From: an uncultured bacterium
GTDB lineage: Bacteria; Deinococcota; Deinococci; Deinococcales; Trueperaceae
DNA length: 18,505 bases
Assembly (NCBI GenBank): GCA_964352605.1
Contig: CAYGTA010000037.1
Span: 1 to 18,505, forward strand
Direction of reading: 5' to 3'
Position numbers and translations under genes: made by a program. This document shows, piece after piece, positions 7,218 through 15,356 of this stretch; position 1 is the first letter of the stretch; the number at the start of each line of letters is the position of its first letter. The notes beneath the pieces are model-generated. The model was not told the DNA's origin. It did not search any database and saw nothing but the letters and a program-made list of their open reading frames with translations.

Positions 7218-8636
7218 TTAGTCTTCGCTGTCTTGTGATTCTTCAACTTCAACTTCGTCAGCAATTGCTTCAGCAACTTCGTCTTTGTCATCGGTATCAT
7301 CTAGACCGAGTTTCTCACGAACAATCTCACGAATGGCTTTGTCACGTGTAAGCAAGAAGCGGTAATTCTCTAACCAACTTTCACCACGTTCTTTTTTAAA
7401 TTTATTAACAGGCGTATTTTCACGGTACGCCATGTAAGCAATGGCACTTTCAAAATCTTGATTTGTCATGCTGGTGCCACGCTTTTCTAACAGACGCTCT
7501 AAAACTATGTCGCGTTTAACGCCTTTTTCAGCTGACTCCGTGAGTTCTGCGTCAAACTCCTCGCGTTTACCATCGGCCTCTAGTGACTCAAAGTAAGCGT
7601 CAAGTGTAAGACCATTTTGCTTCTTGAGGTCTTCAGCCAAGTTTTCAATAAGATTAACTTTGCGTCTGCTGACCAAATAAGCAGGTAAATCAACCGTTGT
7701 TTCTTCAACAAGTTTATCAATTAATTCTTCACGTTGATTTTCAAACGCCTCATTATCCAGTTCAGATTGAATGTTATTACGAATGGTTTCTTCAACTTGA
7801 GCCCAAGTTTCTAAGCCAAGGGTTTTTGCAAATTCATCATTCGTTTCGGGTTTTTCTTTTTCTTTAACATCTGTAATTTTGACTTTAAACTTAGGTAAAG
7901 CAATATCAGCCGCATTTTCTGCATCAGCATCAGCATCTTCTACTGCCTCATCATCTTCTGCATCATCACTATCTTCATCGCTGCTATCAGTTTCGCCACC
8001 ACTTAAGTCAAGCTCAACAATATCACCAATGTTTTTACCTAACAGCTGTGCTGCTAAATGCTCACCTGTACGCTCTAAATCAATAGGCATAGCGTTACCC
8101 GGTGTATCTTCATCAGCATCATCTTGAATGGTTTCAATCATGAGGTAGTCGCCAGCTTCAACTGCTCTATCTACAGGAATATGAGTAGCATGCTCACCCC
8201 GAAGTTGCTCAATGCTTTCTTGCACCATATCTTCAGTTAAGGGTTGCGCTGCTGCGTCAATAATAATTTCATCTAAATCAGCAAGTTCAAACTCAGGAAA
8301 CAAATCCACATCAACTTCAAAACTGTAATCATTACCTTGGCTAGGCTCATCTGCCTTAGAAATATTTGCATGAACAGGCTGAAGCTCTAACTCTTTAACA
8401 GCTTTAGGATAATGCTGATCTACAAGAACCTCACGAACTTCCTGATTAAGAGCATCTTCGCCAATACGTTTTAAAATAACGCCCTTAGGTGCTTTACCCG
8501 GACGAAAACCTGGCACTTTAATTTGACGTGATAAACTTCTAAAAACTTGCTCATAAGTCTTATCGACAACATCTTGAGGAACAGTAACTTTAAAGCTTGC
8601 GCTTACATTTTCTTTCTTAATGAGTTCGGTTTGCAT
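7218..8636 (-). CDS. tig: Trigger factor (ribosome-associated chaperone), with a degenerate middle PPIase-like domain, a poly-acidic insert and an acidic C-terminal tail
   Basis: 472 aa. N-terminal ribosome-binding signature GFRPGKAPK. Colinear with E. coli TF in the N- and C-domains. Sits in the conserved tig-clpP-clpX arrangement. SD AGGAG upstream of the ATG. Confidence 0.9.
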   Translation of the reverse strand: MQTELIKKENVSASFKVTVPQDVVDKTYEQVFRSLSRQIKVPGFRPGKAPKGVILKRIGEDALNQEVREVLVDQHYPKAVKELELQPVHANISKADEPSQGNDYSFEVDVDLFPEFELADLDEIIIDAAAQPLTEDMVQESIEQLRGEHATHIPVDRAVEAGDYLMIETIQDDADEDTPGNAMPIDLERTGEHLAAQLLGKNIGDIVELDLSGGETDSSDEDSDDAEDDEAVEDADADAENAADIALPKFKVKITDVKEKEKPETNDEFAKTLGLETWAQVEETIRNNIQSELDNEAFENQREELIDKLVEETTVDLPAYLVSRRKVNLIENLAEDLKKQNGLTLDAYFESLEADGKREEFDAELTESAEKGVKRDIVLERLLEKRGTSMTNQDFESAIAYMAYRENTPVNKFKKERGESWLENYRFLLTRDKAIREIVREKLGLDDTDDKDEVAEAIADEVEVEESQDSED

Positions 8637-8783
8637 TCGGTCTCCTTATAAATCAACTCTACAGTCTAAACCATAACTGCCATTTAGAAAACAGCTAATG
8701 AACTAAGGCCCAGAGATGCTTGAAGCTAAAAGTGAGATTGAAAGGCTACCCGCAAAGCAAAGTATAGCCTAAAAGATGTCAAA

Positions 8784-9917
8784 TTAATCTTTTATTTTCA
8801 AAAAAGCTGCCGGCGTTTTATGCCTAAACAAAGCAAAAATAGAAAATGCAAATGCCAAAAACAAAAACACACTCGAGCTTTGTATAGCTGCACTCGAGCT
8901 GCCTAGCAGATCAGCGCTAATGCCACTTAAGCTTGGTCCGAGTGCTTGGCCGAGTGCGAAGCTGGCGGTGGAGTACGCCATGGCTCTGGCCCATTCGCTT
9001 GGCTTTAGTTCTTCTCTAAAGATGTTGGTTATGGCGGTTATTACGCCCAAGAAGCTTATGCCGAACATAAAGGCAGAAAGCCAAGGTAGGGTTTGGACTA
9101 AGACATAAAAACTCGAGCTTGCTAGTGTAAGTAAGATGATGCTAAGGCCGAGCTTACCGCCAACTTTGCTGATGATGGGTGACCAGAATATGCCTGTTGA
9201 GGTTGCACCTATACCGAGTATTAGCCAGAAAAACATGATTGAGCTTTGTAAGCTGCTGGTTATGAACGTCATGTAGCCTATGTAGCCTAGACCATAAAGC
9301 CCGTAGGCAATTAATATGAGCGTGAATTGACTTAGTTTTTGTTGCTCGGCGCTGCTTTTGTTTCTTACTGCAGGTTCTTTTAAGTATTTATAGATGGGCA
9401 AAATCATGAGGCTAAAAATGAGACTTAAAATGCCTAGTAATAGCCAGCCTTGCTGCCAGCTTTTCATGAGGGGCAAAATAATAGGGGAGACAAGAATGCC
9501 TATGCCAACCCCGCTAAAGTAAAGCCCTGTGGCTGTGCCTTTGCCTCCACTTGCCAAAATAAGGGTTGCGCCACCTACAAAAACACATGCGCCCAGAAAG
9601 CCTTGCGTAAACCGTAGCAACATCATGACGCTAAGAGGTAAATTTAAGCTTAGTAAGAGAAGGCTAGCTGTTTGCAAGAAAAGACACAAAAATAAGCCTT
9701 GTTTGTAACCAAGTTTGTAAAGAATGTGGTGACTAATGAGCGCGCCAATTAAGTAACCTGCGGTGTTTGAACTACCTATGTAACCGGCTTGCGCGTAACT
9801 TAAGCCTAATTGTTGTTGCATTTCTGGTAAGACCAGTGCGTAGGCAAAACGGCCTATCCCAACCGCTGCACCAGGTGCAAAGCCTAAAAAGAAGCCAAGG
9901 AGAAGCTGCAAACGCAT
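8784..9917 (-). CDS. MFS transporter, YbfB-like family (DUF1228)
   Basis: 377 aa, about 12 predicted TM helices. N-terminal GIGRFAYALVLP motif typical of YbfB-type MFS proteins. Confidence 0.7.
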   Translation of the reverse strand: MRLQLLLGFFLGFAPGAAVGIGRFAYALVLPEMQQQLGLSYAQAGYIGSSNTAGYLIGALISHHILYKLGYKQGLFLCLFLQTASLLLLSLNLPLSVMMLLRFTQGFLGACVFVGGATLILASGGKGTATGLYFSGVGIGILVSPIILPLMKSWQQGWLLLGILSLIFSLMILPIYKYLKEPAVRNKSSAEQQKLSQFTLILIAYGLYGLGYIGYMTFITSSLQSSIMFFWLILGIGATSTGIFWSPIISKVGGKLGLSIILLTLASSSFYVLVQTLPWLSAFMFGISFLGVITAITNIFREELKPSEWARAMAYSTASFALGQALGPSLSGISADLLGSSSAAIQSSSVFLFLAFAFSIFALFRHKTPAAFLKIKD

Positions 9918-10251
9918 GCCGATGATTGTATGTTAAATAAAGCTTATGGTTGTGCTTTGTTATTGCAAAACAAGCTATCCTACTTTGGTATGAGGACAGC
10001 TTGAGTCTAGCTGATTAAACTGTTTGTCATGAAAATTATTCAGTTGCCATCTCATGAATTTCGAGATTACCGTTTTTAGCGGCAGCTGTTCTATTGTTTC
10101 CCCAAACTTAACAGCCAAATACACAGCCAGCTTGAGCTAGACTCTCAACTGGTAATTTTTTTATAGTTCATTTTAGAGAGGTTTTAGCCATGTGAACCGT
10201 TAATTAATTTTTTTATATGAATGTAAGCCTAGTTCAGATACTTGCGACCAA

Positions 10252-10272
10252 GTTGGAACGATTTTGGAACGC
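10252..10272 (+). promoter_or_regulatory. Direct repeat TTGGAACG(A)-N4-TTGGAACG(C), 12-bp period, 42 bp upstream of the yqiJ-like start. Candidate transcription-factor site
   Basis: TTGGAACG at 10253-10260 and 10264-10271. Shares the GGAACGC core with the clpP-upstream tandem repeat. Confidence 0.25.
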
Positions 10273-10313
10273 TTAAAAAACAATACTTTGCTTAGAAAAA
10301 GAAGGAGGTGCAA

Positions 10314-11084
10314 ATGACCAGCCTACTCGAGTGGTGGAACTTTATGTTTTTGTTGCCGCTGCTGTCGGGTCTTTTGCTTGGGGTTGGCATTGTGGCTTCG
10401 GGTGCAATGGCTGATTTAGGAGATGCAGATTCTGATTTTGGAGATGCAGAGTTAGCAGATGCAGGATTTGGAGATGTTGATTTAGCAGACGCAGACTTTG
10501 CCGAATTTGATGCTGTTACGGTTGATGCTGATAGCGATTTTTCAGGTTCAGAGGCAAGTAGTCTCGATGCTGATTTATCTGAAGCTGAAGCTAGTGATGT
10601 TTTTGCTCAAATCTTAAGTTTCTTTGGTATTGGTCAAGGTCTACCGTTATCTGTCATGTTGCCAATATTGCTGGTGACTGGGGGGCTAAGTGGCTTGCTT
10701 TTAAATGGGTTTTTAGCTCGGTTTTTAGCGTCTGCCTTTGTGTTTGCACCCCTTTCTTTTGTGGTGAGTATTGTGACTTCTGCCTTTACAGGGCAGCTTG
10801 TCGCTAAGTCACTTGCCTCAGTTTTAAAAGCCAAACCCACAGCGATTTCAACAGGAGGATTGATTGGTTTAACAGGTAAAGCGGTTTACACAATTTCTAG
10901 CACAGGAGGTGTTGCTCATATAAAAGATCCTTATGGAAATATTCACCGAATAAGTTGTTTTACAGAGCTTGAACAGCCCATTGCTGCAAATCAAGCCATT
11001 CAAGTTATAGCGTTTGATACCAAACGTCGAAGCTATCTGGTAGAGCCAGCTGCTCTAGAAACCTTTGAAAAGGAGAAGATATGA
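10314..11084 (+). CDS. yqiJ: YqiJ-like inner-membrane protein with a C-terminal NfeD-type OB-fold. Partner of the downstream flotillin
   Basis: Architecture is TM1, then an acidic loop, then TM2-3, then a C-terminal beta-rich OB domain (GLTGKAVYTISSTGGVAHIKDPYGNIHRISCFTEL…IQVIAFD), colinear with E. coli YqiJ. RBS AAGGAGG at 10302-10308 favours the ATG at 10314 over the track's GTG at 10308. Stop overlaps the next start (ATGA). Confidence 0.7.
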   Translation: MTSLLEWWNFMFLLPLLSGLLLGVGIVASGAMADLGDADSDFGDAELADAGFGDVDLADADFAEFDAVTVDADSDFSGSEASSLDADLSEAEASDVFAQILSFFGIGQGLPLSVMLPILLVTGGLSGLLLNGFLARFLASAFVFAPLSFVVSIVTSAFTGQLVAKSLASVLKAKPTAISTGGLIGLTGKAVYTISSTGGVAHIKDPYGNIHRISCFTELEQPIAANQAIQVIAFDTKRRSYLVEPAALETFEKEKI

Positions 11085-12892
11085 TTTCATTACTGTTTAC
11101 TGTGGTTGCGGTTGCAAGCATAGTACTAAGTCTATTTGGGGCTAGTTTGCTACCCACATGGTCATTTTTTAATAGTGTTGTGAGTTTGGTATTTGGCTTG
11201 GTCTTTTTTGTACTTGGCTTAACCGTCTGGGCAATACGTAGCTTTTATATAAAGCCATCTGCAAATGAAGCCTATGTCATAACGGGCATGGGTGGCCGCA
11301 GGGTATTGATTGACCAAGGTGGCCTGTTTATACCTATTGTTCAACAGATGGTGCCCGTATCACTAGAAACCATGAAGCTAGATGTAGAGCGACTTGGGCA
11401 AGATGCTCTCATTACTAAAGACAATTTACGTGTCGATATGCGTGGTGAATTCTACATTAAAGTCTTACCAGACCAAGATGATGTGATTAACGCAGCCAGA
11501 AGTTTAGGAGATAAAAGCGTAAACTCAGAGTCAGTATCTGACCTTGTTTTTGAAAAGCTGGTATCAGCCTTACGAAGTGTTGCAGCGACAAAAGAGCTTG
11601 TTGAAATACATGCCCAAAGAGACGAATTTGCAGGTGCAGTGCAGCATCTTGTTACCACTGACTTAGAACAAAATGGGCTGACTTTAGAAAGCGTTACCGT
11701 ATCTCGATTTGACCAAACCAACCAAGATATGCTTTCTGACAGCAACATCTTTGACGCGCAAGGTAAACGAAAAATAACCGAAATAACCCAATCAGCCCTT
11801 GTAGAACGTAACCGCATAGAACAAGAAGCCTTCCGAGAAATAACCACCAAAAATGTAAATACACGTAAAGAAACCCTAGAACTCGAGCGTCAGCAAGCAG
11901 AGGCTGAAGCTGCGCAAGAGTCAGAGATTAGTCAAGCTCAGTCAGAGCGTAGTCGTGAAGCTGAAACCTACCGTATTGAGCAGCAACGTCAAGTTGAAGA
12001 AGCTCAGATTGCGCAAGAAGAAGCTGTTAAACGTCGTAGTTTGGAGCGTGACCGTGAACTTATTGCCAGACAGCAAGAGTTAGAAACAGCTGATGTTAGT
12101 CGTAAAAAAGCGGTAGATATTGCAGAGCGGCAACGTCAAGTAGAAATTGCTGATGCGGAACGTGCAAGGGCAGAAGCAGAACAAGCTTACCTTTTAGCTC
12201 AAGCTGCCCGTGAAAGTGCCGAACAAGAAGTTACAACCGTAACCCGACTTGCAGAAGCAGAGCGTGAAGCGCAAACAAAGCTTATTGCTGCCAAACAGCA
12301 AATCGAAGAAGACCGCTTCCGTCAAGAAACGGATGCAACAGTAGAGGCCTTTGCTGAAGTTAAAAAAGCAGAAGCTAGCCGTGAGGCAGCTGTACTAGAA
12401 GCTGAAGCTGCTCTAAGTAGAGCTCGAGCTGAGGCTGAAGCTAAAGAGCGTCTTGCAATTGCTGAAACCGCATTAAAGCGTGTGGATGTTGATATTGAAA
12501 AGGAAAAAGTTTCAGTTGAGCAGGCTCGAGTTGCGGTTGAGCGTGAGGCTTTAGAGAACCGTGAGCAGTTTAGTCAAGCTGCTATTGAGTTTGAGGTTCA
12601 GAAATTGCGTATTGAAGCGTCAAGAGATGTTCAAGTTGAGCTTGCTAAGGCTATTTCTGAATTCATGAGCCGCGGCAATATGCAGATTTTTGGCTCTCCT
12701 GAAACGATGTCTAACATGATGAGTCAATACGCTAAGGGTATGGGTATTGGGCAAATGGTAGATGGTGTTGCTGAAAACACTGACTTGCTTAGTAGTGGCA
12801 AGATGATGGAAATTATGACAGGCTTACAAGCTGTTGTAAGTGAGTTTAAAAAGCCGGAGGCTGCTACGGACTCCGATAAGAATTTATCCTGA
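11081..12892 (+). CDS. yqiK: Flotillin-like SPFH/Band-7 domain protein (YqiK-like) with a long EA-rich coiled-coil region
   Basis: 603 aa. N-terminal TM helix. SPFH domain (NEAYVITGMGGRRVLIDQGGLFIPIVQQM…KDNLRVDMRGEFYIKV). About 250 aa of E/A/R/Q-rich heptad-like sequence, typical of the flotillin coiled coil. Confidence 0.85.
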   Translation: MISLLFTVVAVASIVLSLFGASLLPTWSFFNSVVSLVFGLVFFVLGLTVWAIRSFYIKPSANEAYVITGMGGRRVLIDQGGLFIPIVQQMVPVSLETMKLDVERLGQDALITKDNLRVDMRGEFYIKVLPDQDDVINAARSLGDKSVNSESVSDLVFEKLVSALRSVAATKELVEIHAQRDEFAGAVQHLVTTDLEQNGLTLESVTVSRFDQTNQDMLSDSNIFDAQGKRKITEITQSALVERNRIEQEAFREITTKNVNTRKETLELERQQAEAEAAQESEISQAQSERSREAETYRIEQQRQVEEAQIAQEEAVKRRSLERDRELIARQQELETADVSRKKAVDIAERQRQVEIADAERARAEAEQAYLLAQAARESAEQEVTTVTRLAEAEREAQTKLIAAKQQIEEDRFRQETDATVEAFAEVKKAEASREAAVLEAEAALSRARAEAEAKERLAIAETALKRVDVDIEKEKVSVEQARVAVEREALENREQFSQAAIEFEVQKLRIEASRDVQVELAKAISEFMSRGNMQIFGSPETMSNMMSQYAKGMGIGQMVDGVAENTDLLSSGKMMEIMTGLQAVVSEFKKPEAATDSDKNLS

Positions 12893-13720
12893 TTCATCTA
12901 AAGCAATATGAATGAGTGCATCCCCTTGATTCACAAGGGGATTATTTCTTTGCCCAATAATCCAACCCTTAAGCTGACTTTTGACTGTGGTTTGGTTTTT
13001 ACCTGCAATGTCATTTACTTTGCCTAATTCTTGACCTTTTATGACTGCTTGACCAAGCTCAAATTTGGCATGGAAAATGCCGCTCCGACTAGCTCTAAGC
13101 CAAACACTTTTATCTGCCCTAATAGAAGGGCTTTGATTGGTGCGACCTTCTCGCATATTTAAATTGGTCATAACACCTAGTACCCCTTTTATGCCAACGG
13201 CAATCGCAGTTTTATTAAAGCGGCTAGCCTCACCAGCTTCATATAAAAGCATCGGAATGCCTTGCTTAACAGCGGCAGCTCGCAAAGAACCATCTCTCGT
13301 TTTTGAATGAATCATGATGGGTGCGGCAAACGCCTTAGCAAGATTTAAGGTCTTTTCATCTTCAAGATCAGCGCGAATTTGTGGCCAGTTGCTCCGATGG
13401 TTAGAACCTGTATGAAGGTCAATGCCATAATCGCAACGCTTTACAACTTCATTCATAAAAAGATGAGCCAAACGGCTAGCTAAAGAACCCTTTGAAGAAC
13501 CCGGAAAAGACCGATTTAAGTCACGGCGGTCAGGCATGTAGCGTGTTTGGTCAATAAAGCCAAACATATTCACAACAGGAACTGCAACCACGACACCCGC
13601 TAGGTTTTTAGCGTTCACTTGTTTAAGTACCTGCCGAATGATTTCTACCCCATTAAGCTCATCACCATGAATAGCGGCACTCAAAAACAATTTAGGCCCG
13701 TCTTCTGCCCCTACAACCAC
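12884..13720 (-). CDS. Succinylglutamate desuccinylase / aspartoacylase (AstE/AspA) family zinc deacylase, downstream of rimK. The start codon is uncertain: the true N-terminus probably lies about 35-40 codons upstream of the track's GTG
   Basis: 278 aa as given. Zn-ligand motif AAIHGDELNGVE. Family-typical DLNRSFPG and DLH motifs. The same frame stays open upstream to 13840 and encodes IAFKLADSTLKKGEQKTLELPVARLVTGNWLSLPVT, matching the conserved N-terminus of this family. It contains no ATG, GTG or TTG. Confidence 0.75.
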   Translation of the reverse strand: MVVGAEDGPKLFLSAAIHGDELNGVEIIRQVLKQVNAKNLAGVVVAVPVVNMFGFIDQTRYMPDRRDLNRSFPGSSKGSLASRLAHLFMNEVVKRCDYGIDLHTGSNHRSNWPQIRADLEDEKTLNLAKAFAAPIMIHSKTRDGSLRAAAVKQGIPMLLYEAGEASRFNKTAIAVGIKGVLGVMTNLNMREGRTNQSPSIRADKSVWLRASRSGIFHAKFELGQAVIKGQELGKVNDIAGKNQTTVKSQLKGWIIGQRNNPLVNQGDALIHIALDESG

Positions 13721-13829
13721 CGTAACAGGTAACGATAACCAGTTACCCGTAACAAGCCTAGCAACAGGAAGCTCGAGTGTTTTTTGCTCCCCTTTTTTTA
13801 GGGTGCTGTCTGCAAGTTTGAAAGCTATC

Positions 13830-14747
13830 TTAGCCCGCCTTTACTTTTTTGCGTTTGGCTGTTGTGGCTTTGTGCTTCTCAACAGAACTTTCAAGATAGC
13901 CAATGATGCTTCCTGCTACATCAACCCCTGAGGACTTTTCTATGCCTTCAAGACCGGGTGATGAATTGACTTCCATGACTACAGGGCCACTGTTTGAGCG
14001 AAGCATATCTACACCTGCAACGCCAAGACCTAAAACTTCTGCTGCTTTTACCGCTGTAGCACGTTCTTTTGCACTTAATTTAATAAGTTCAGCCGTTCCA
14101 CCTTGGTGCAGATTTGAACGAAACTCACCTTCGGCTGCTTTGCGTTTCATACTGGCAATAACCTTGCCACCAACGACAAAGGCACGTATATCTTCACCGT
14201 TTGCTTCTTTCACAAATCGCTGTACCAAAATATTAGCGTCTAGTTGACGGAAAGCACCAATAACTGATTCAGCTGCTTTATCGCTTTCAGCTAAGACTAC
14301 ACCAATGCCTTGGGTACCTTCTAGCAGTTTAATAATAAGAGGTGCGCCGCCTACAATATCAATTAAGCCTTTAACATCTTTGGTGGAATGCGCAAAGCCA
14401 GTTGTTGGCAAGCCCACACCAGCTCTTGATAAAAGCTGCAAAGACCTAAGCTTGTCACGCGAACGTGTAATAGCCTGAGACTCATTAGCTGAAAAAACAT
14501 GCATCATTTCAAACTGACGAACAACTGCAGTACCGTAAAATGTGTGACTTGCACCCACACGAGGAATAATGGCGTCAAACTCGAGTTCTTCACCTACAAA
14601 GATGACTTTGGGTTTTTTGGGGCTTATGTCCATGTAGCAGCGTAAGTAGTCAATCACGCGTACTTCATGACCTTTTTCTAGGGCTGCTTCGACTAGCCTT
14701 TGGGTGGAGTACAGCTTAGGGTTGCGAGATAAAATGCCGAGCTTCAT
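13830..14747 (-). CDS. rimK: RimK, ATP-grasp alpha-L-glutamate ligase (ribosomal protein S6 modification protein)
   Basis: 305 aa. Typical RimK N-terminus [21 protein letters not shown]-grasp fold motifs, and a Lys-rich C-terminal tail. Confidence 0.9.
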   Translation of the reverse strand: MKLGILSRNPKLYSTQRLVEAALEKGHEVRVIDYLRCYMDISPKKPKVIFVGEELEFDAIIPRVGASHTFYGTAVVRQFEMMHVFSANESQAITRSRDKLRSLQLLSRAGVGLPTTGFAHSTKDVKGLIDIVGGAPLIIKLLEGTQGIGVVLAESDKAAESVIGAFRQLDANILVQRFVKEANGEDIRAFVVGGKVIASMKRKAAEGEFRSNLHQGGTAELIKLSAKERATAVKAAEVLGLGVAGVDMLRSNSGPVVMEVNSSPGLEGIEKSSGVDVAGSIIGYLESSVEKHKATTAKRKKVKAG

Positions 14748-14790
14748 GTGTGCTCCTTTTTGCCTGAAGGCAGCTTACTTCTCTTGCCTA

Positions 14791-15243
14791 TCACATCATT
14801 GTCAAGTCTATTTTGTTTAGGTAGGATTGACTAACGTCTACAACTATACGCTTTTTTAAAGCTTCTCGACCAATAAGCATGCGAAAGGTCATATTTTCTC
14901 GTTTACTTAAACTGAGTTCTATAAGCCATGTTTTACCTAAGAGCTGTAAATGAGTTTGAATGATGGGTCTTAGCTCACTTGAACCATTTGAGCTTTTGAT
15001 TTTACGAACATCATAAATGGGTAACTCTAATACGAGCTCTTCTTTGCTTGATTTTTGTTTTGGGTGAACCACAAAACGAACATAGGCTTTACCCTCTTTT
15101 TGAATTTGTTTAAGATTTCTTGCGTAAAGCGAAGAGGTTGCAGCGCCCGTATCAATTTTTGCCTTTATTTTAGGAATATTTAGATCAGGTAAGCTTACCC
15201 ATTCACGCCAACCAACCGTAGCTAGTACTTTTGCTTCTTTCAT
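14791..15243 (-). CDS. RimB-like retropepsin-type aspartic protease (annotated in databases as 'ATP-dependent zinc protease', COG4067), RimK-associated
   Basis: 150 aa. VGWREWVSLPDL N-terminus and DTGA(A)TSS aspartic-protease signature. Directly upstream of rimK, matching the rimB-rimK arrangement described in Pseudomonas. Confidence 0.75.
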   Translation of the reverse strand: MKEAKVLATVGWREWVSLPDLNIPKIKAKIDTGAATSSLYARNLKQIQKEGKAYVRFVVHPKQKSSKEELVLELPIYDVRKIKSSNGSSELRPIIQTHLQLLGKTWLIELSLSKRENMTFRMLIGREALKKRIVVDVSQSYLNKIDLTMM

Positions 15244-15334
15244 TTGCTTACTATAGCTATATTTGAAGCTTTACAGGAGCTTTCTAATCTAAAGTATTTG
15301 TAGAGCTAAGTTTTATTGCGACTGTCTCTTGACT

Positions 15335-15356
15335 CATTTGATAAGCTTATCAAATG
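15335..15356. promoter_or_regulatory. Perfect 22-bp palindrome CATTTGATAAGCTTATCAAATG, whose last triplet is the ATG start of the FAD oxidoreductase. Candidate operator
   Basis: The reverse complement is identical to the sequence. Lies in the 110-bp divergent region between the rimB-rimK operon and the oxidoreductase gene. No SD precedes the ATG. Confidence 0.5.

Noticed and set aside
8784-8830. GCCGGC-centred sequence near the MFS stop as a possible terminator
   Set aside because: Stem would be 6 bp or fewer with no U-tract. It lies partly inside the CDS, and the tig promoter must read through this spacer anyway.
10029-10079. Small ORFs in intergenic regions, e.g. 16-aa MKIIQLPSHEFRDYRF (10029-10079) and a 46-aa ORF starting at 18355
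   Set aside because: No Shine-Dalgarno, no recognisable features, and the length is compatible with chance in AT-rich spacers.
9998-10150. Inverted copies of GAGTCTAGCT (about 10005 and about 10140), each preceded by CAGCTTGAG, in the MFS / yqiJ divergent spacer
   Set aside because: Only about 10 bp of perfect match, separated by about 115 bp. Could be chance, and too weak to call a transposon-like element or operator pair.
10253-10272. Possible sigma-54 (-24/-12) promoter in TGGAACGATTTTGGAAC
   Set aside because: GG-to-GG spacing is one nucleotide short, and the -12 element reads TTGG, not TTGC. Kept only as a generic direct-repeat site.
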